Positions 60,609-64,000 of a stretch of 64,000 nt of DNA are shown in pieces. The notes beneath the pieces were generated by a model. It was given only the letters and a program-made list of their open reading frames with translations. It searched no databases and was not told the origin of the DNA. Origin of the DNA: Antedon mediterranea (taxonomy: Eukaryota; Animalia; Echinodermata); NCBI RefSeq assembly GCF_964355755.1, contig NC_092673.1, positions 12,806,948 through 12,870,947 of the forward strand, written 5' to 3'. Positions within the stretch are counted from its first letter, which is position 1, and each line of letters begins with the position of its first letter. The position numbers and the translations under genes were made by a program.

Positions 60609-62428
60609 CATAGTTGCCATTTCTGGCATTATTATGCTTTTTGGCATTATTTAGAGGCCCACGGCATCTGGCATAATGCCGCGGCATTATTTAGCCGTTT
60701 TTAGCATAATCTGGCATAATTTTGTGTTTTTTGAACAACCAATAATAATAATAATAATAATATACCACAGAACAAAAATAAAATATTTTGTTTAATCATG
60801 CAATTTAATACATATCACCTTACACAATATCATATCGTACAAAACAGATCTGTTCGGGTTTTCCGTACAATAGTTCTTCCATCCTTTTGTTTCGGACTTA
60901 AATAGACTCTTCGGATAGGAAGGCTGCTCGAAAACTACCGTGTGTGCGATATAGGCAGCACAACAAATCCGGAAGAGGCTAGCTATTGGCTAGTCTGGGT
61001 TCCAGACGGAGTTTTGTCTTAATATTAGTTAAAAGATAAATATTTTGGCACATATGGCGTTTCATACGTATACTACTTGATTTTGGATACAAAACAAACA
61101 AATAAATAAAAAAAAAAGATAATACAGACTTGGGGCAAGTCTAGCTATTGGCCAATTATGTTGCTCTATTTCAGAGACCATGCAGGTTATTGGATCCCCA
61201 GATATAGAGACAATTGAACGAAAACATTATGAAAGGGGTTTTGTTGTTTCAGTTCATAATTATAAGTGGCCGCACCCCTACCCCAACCCTTGAAATGGCA
61301 ATTTGCAGTAACTATTAGAAGCTCTAATTTTAAAAAGAATTTCTTCAAGCAGAATTTTTTTTCCATATTTCAAATTATGTTCCATTTGCATCGTCGTAGC
61401 AACCCTATTTTTCCAAATGTTCTTCACCTCTCAGCCCCAGTAGTGACCATGTGGGCGAGGTAATTTTTATTTAAAATTAAGTGCCATTTCCGCCCATCGA
61501 GCAGCTCTATTTTTCCATTTTTTTTTTACCTCAGCCCCAACCATGGTGGGGCTGAGGTCATGGAGACACTTAATATATTTTTATTTCCTATTTTAAATTA
61601 TAATTGCCATTTTCAAAACTATGATGGGCTAAGATCCTGGAGGTACTAATAAATATATTTTTATTTCATATTTGAAATTAAGTGCCATTTCCGCCCATTG
61701 AGCAGCTCTATTTTCCCAAATTGTCTTACCTCAGCACTAGCCATGGTGGAGCTGAGGTCCTGGAGACACTTAATATATATTTTGATTTCCTATTTTCAAT
61801 GATAATTGCCATTTTCGAACTATGGTGGGCTAAGATCCTGGAGACACTAATAAATATATTATTATTTCATATTTTAAATTAAGTGGCATTTCCGGCCATC
61901 AGCATTTTTCAAAATTTTCTTATCAACCATGGTGGGGCTGATCGTCCTGGAGACACTTAATATATATATTTATTTCCTATTTTAAATTATAATTGCAATT
62001 TTCTAATTATGGTGGGCTAAGATCCTTTCATATTTGAAATTAAGTGCAAAGGTCGAGCAGCTCTCATATTTCAGCTCAAAAATTCTAAATTTCCATGGCT
62101 GTAACAGGTTTTTTTTGGAGGGTGGGGGGGGGGGGAGAAGGGTTCGTGGGTTCGTGTTTGTGTCATTTGCAATTACCATTTCACCCCAGATATTTTTAGA
62201 ATTATTAGTTATTACTCACAAAACTAAAAATACAATTTTTGAACGACATAGGGATACAATTTAGGCCCTATTTTGTGTCAGTTGGGGTTTTACAAACGTT
62301 TATTAGACATACAACCGTTGGTGGCGCTGTTTAGGGCCACATTTTGGGGATCTGGCATTATTTTTCCCAATCTGGCATTATTTGAGACAGGATACGGCAT
62401 AATTTAAATTTTATCGCTGGCAACGCTG
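60609..62428. mobile_element. Non-autonomous hAT element
   Basis: Termini CATAGTTGCCA / TGGCAACGCTG, an 8-bp TSD CATGGAAA (60601-60608, 62429-62436), and GGCATTA/GGCATAA subterminal repeats. Confidence 0.85.
61420..62065. repeat. ~200-bp tandem repeat, about 3 copies, with a hairpin
   Basis: AATTAAGTG.CATTTCCG.CCAT recurs at about 61476, 61677 and 61877. Internal hairpin ACCTCAGCCCCA...TGGGGCTGAGGT. Confidence 0.85.
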
Positions 62429-62767
62429 CATGGAAATAGGAAATATTTTCATATAGGCCTACCCAACATGATATTCCTGGTTCATTATCAGCCCAAAAAA
62501 CTGAACATCATTTGGATTGATTTTATAATGGTCATACACACAATAAGAAGGTATATATTTAAATAATATGAAATTAAAGTTACTTAAATAGACATAGGCT
62601 AGCCCTACCCACACAGTGCATCGTAACTGAAACAATATGGGGATTTCCCTTTTCATTGAACGTTCATTTGAAGTAGAGACTGATTACGATGTGATAAAGG
62701 CAATCAAACAAAATTATATCATTTGATTCTAATAAATATGTCCCCCCCCCCCCCCCCCCCCCCGTCG

Positions 62768-63760
62768 GGGAACACGGGTACTTTTTGTCGGGGAATATAA
62801 TATACAGTAAAAAACGTTCGCGTTCACTTCATATAGCTTCATCGCCTAGAAAACCACGACGTTCCATTGACCGTGAGAGTACGTCAGAGGGCTAAGACTG
62901 TGAGAGTACGTCAAAGGGCTATTATGCACTTTTATGCATTCATTATTGCCAGAGAGCTAACTACTAAACAATAGCTAGTACTCACTTGTTTGGCGGTATC
63001 CCTTTGTACGAATCGTTCACCATTGGGTCGAGACGCGTGATATCATGTTCCATCCAGGGACCAAAATGTGTAATGTAGTTATTTTCCCGGCGAAGTTTAC
63101 CGACGGTTACCGAAGGGAACACGGGTACTTTTTGTCGGGGAATATAATATACAGTAAACAACGTTCGAGTTCACTTGGTAGCTTCAGCGCCTAGAAAACC
63201 GCGACGTTTCATTGACCGTGAGAGTACGTCAGAGTGCTATTATGCAATGTATATGCATTCATTATTGCCAGCGATCTAACTTACTACTAAACATTAGCTA
63301 GGTACGCACTTGTCTGGCGGTATCCCTTTGTACGAATCGTTCAACGTTGGGTCGAGACGCGTGATATCAAGTTCCATCCAGGGACCAAAATGTGTAATGT
63401 AGTTATTTTCCAGGCGAAGTTTACCGACGGTTACCGAAGTGAACACGGGTACTTTTTGTCGGGGAATATAATATACAGTAAAAAGCGTTCGCGTTCACTT
63501 CGTAGCTTCAGCGCCTAGAAAACCGCGACGTTTCATTGACCGTGAGAGTACGTCAGAGTGATATTATGCAATGTATATGCATTCATTATTGCCAGCGATC
63601 TAACTTACTACTACTAAACAATAGCTAGGTACGCACTTGTCTGGCGGTATCCCTTTGTACGAATCGTTCAACGTTGGGTTGAGACGCGTGATATCAAGTT
63701 CCATCCAGGGACCAAAATGTGTAATGTAGTTATTTTCCAGGCGAAGTTTACCGACGGTTA
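62768..63760. repeat. ~325-345-bp tandem repeat, 3 copies
   Basis: GAACACGGGTACTTTTTGTCGGGGAATATAATATACAGTA recurs at about 62770, 63117 and 63441. Confidence 0.93.
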
Positions 63761-64000
63761 CGTCGTGTACTGTGTCGACGTACGCCACACTACCGCAAAA
63801 ACGAATTATGTTAATTGTTCGTAAGTTGACCAATTTTTTAATTTACAAGTAACCTTCTGTACCGTGGGGCACCTAAAATAAATATTTCATCCATTACTAA
63901 ACAAAAAAACATGCCATTTTCGCTTAGCCAACATCTTATTATAGCTAAGTTATTAAAGTTTCAATGTCCTGTATGTCATGAATTTCTCACTACTCGGAAG

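Noticed and set aside
61161-61180. Further histone stem-loop (GCTCTATTTCAGAGACCA)
   Set aside because: Stem and loop geometry is wrong, with no A/C-rich flank, no AAGAGATT and no upstream ORF.

Overview
AT-rich metazoan (probably marine invertebrate) genomic DNA made almost entirely of nested and decayed transposable elements. I recognised no ordinary host gene, rRNA, tRNA or CRISPR array. DNA transposon genes or relics include a spliced Sola-like (DUF7869-type) gene, MULE, Tc1-like DD34E, Harbinger Myb/SANT, Zator-like, three hAT fragments, an internally deleted Sola, a Ginger1-like integrase tail with an OTU domain, and a ~1000-codon CxxH-type DDE transposase ending in a Spindlin-like Tudor domain (plus a decayed paralogue). 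There are also LINE and Penelope fragments, many MITEs with readable TIRs and TSDs, minisatellites, and four BEN-domain genes, each next to a transposase. The main observation is that three non-histone, transposon-borne genes end in the replication-dependent histone mRNA 3' processing signal. That signal is the GGCTCT-TTTC-AGAGCC stem-loop plus a shared AAGAGATT downstream element. It follows the Tc1-like transposase, its convergent BEN gene (damaged copy) and the unrelated CxxH/Tudor transposase (two tandem copies). Family assignments come from motif recognition by eye, not database searches.
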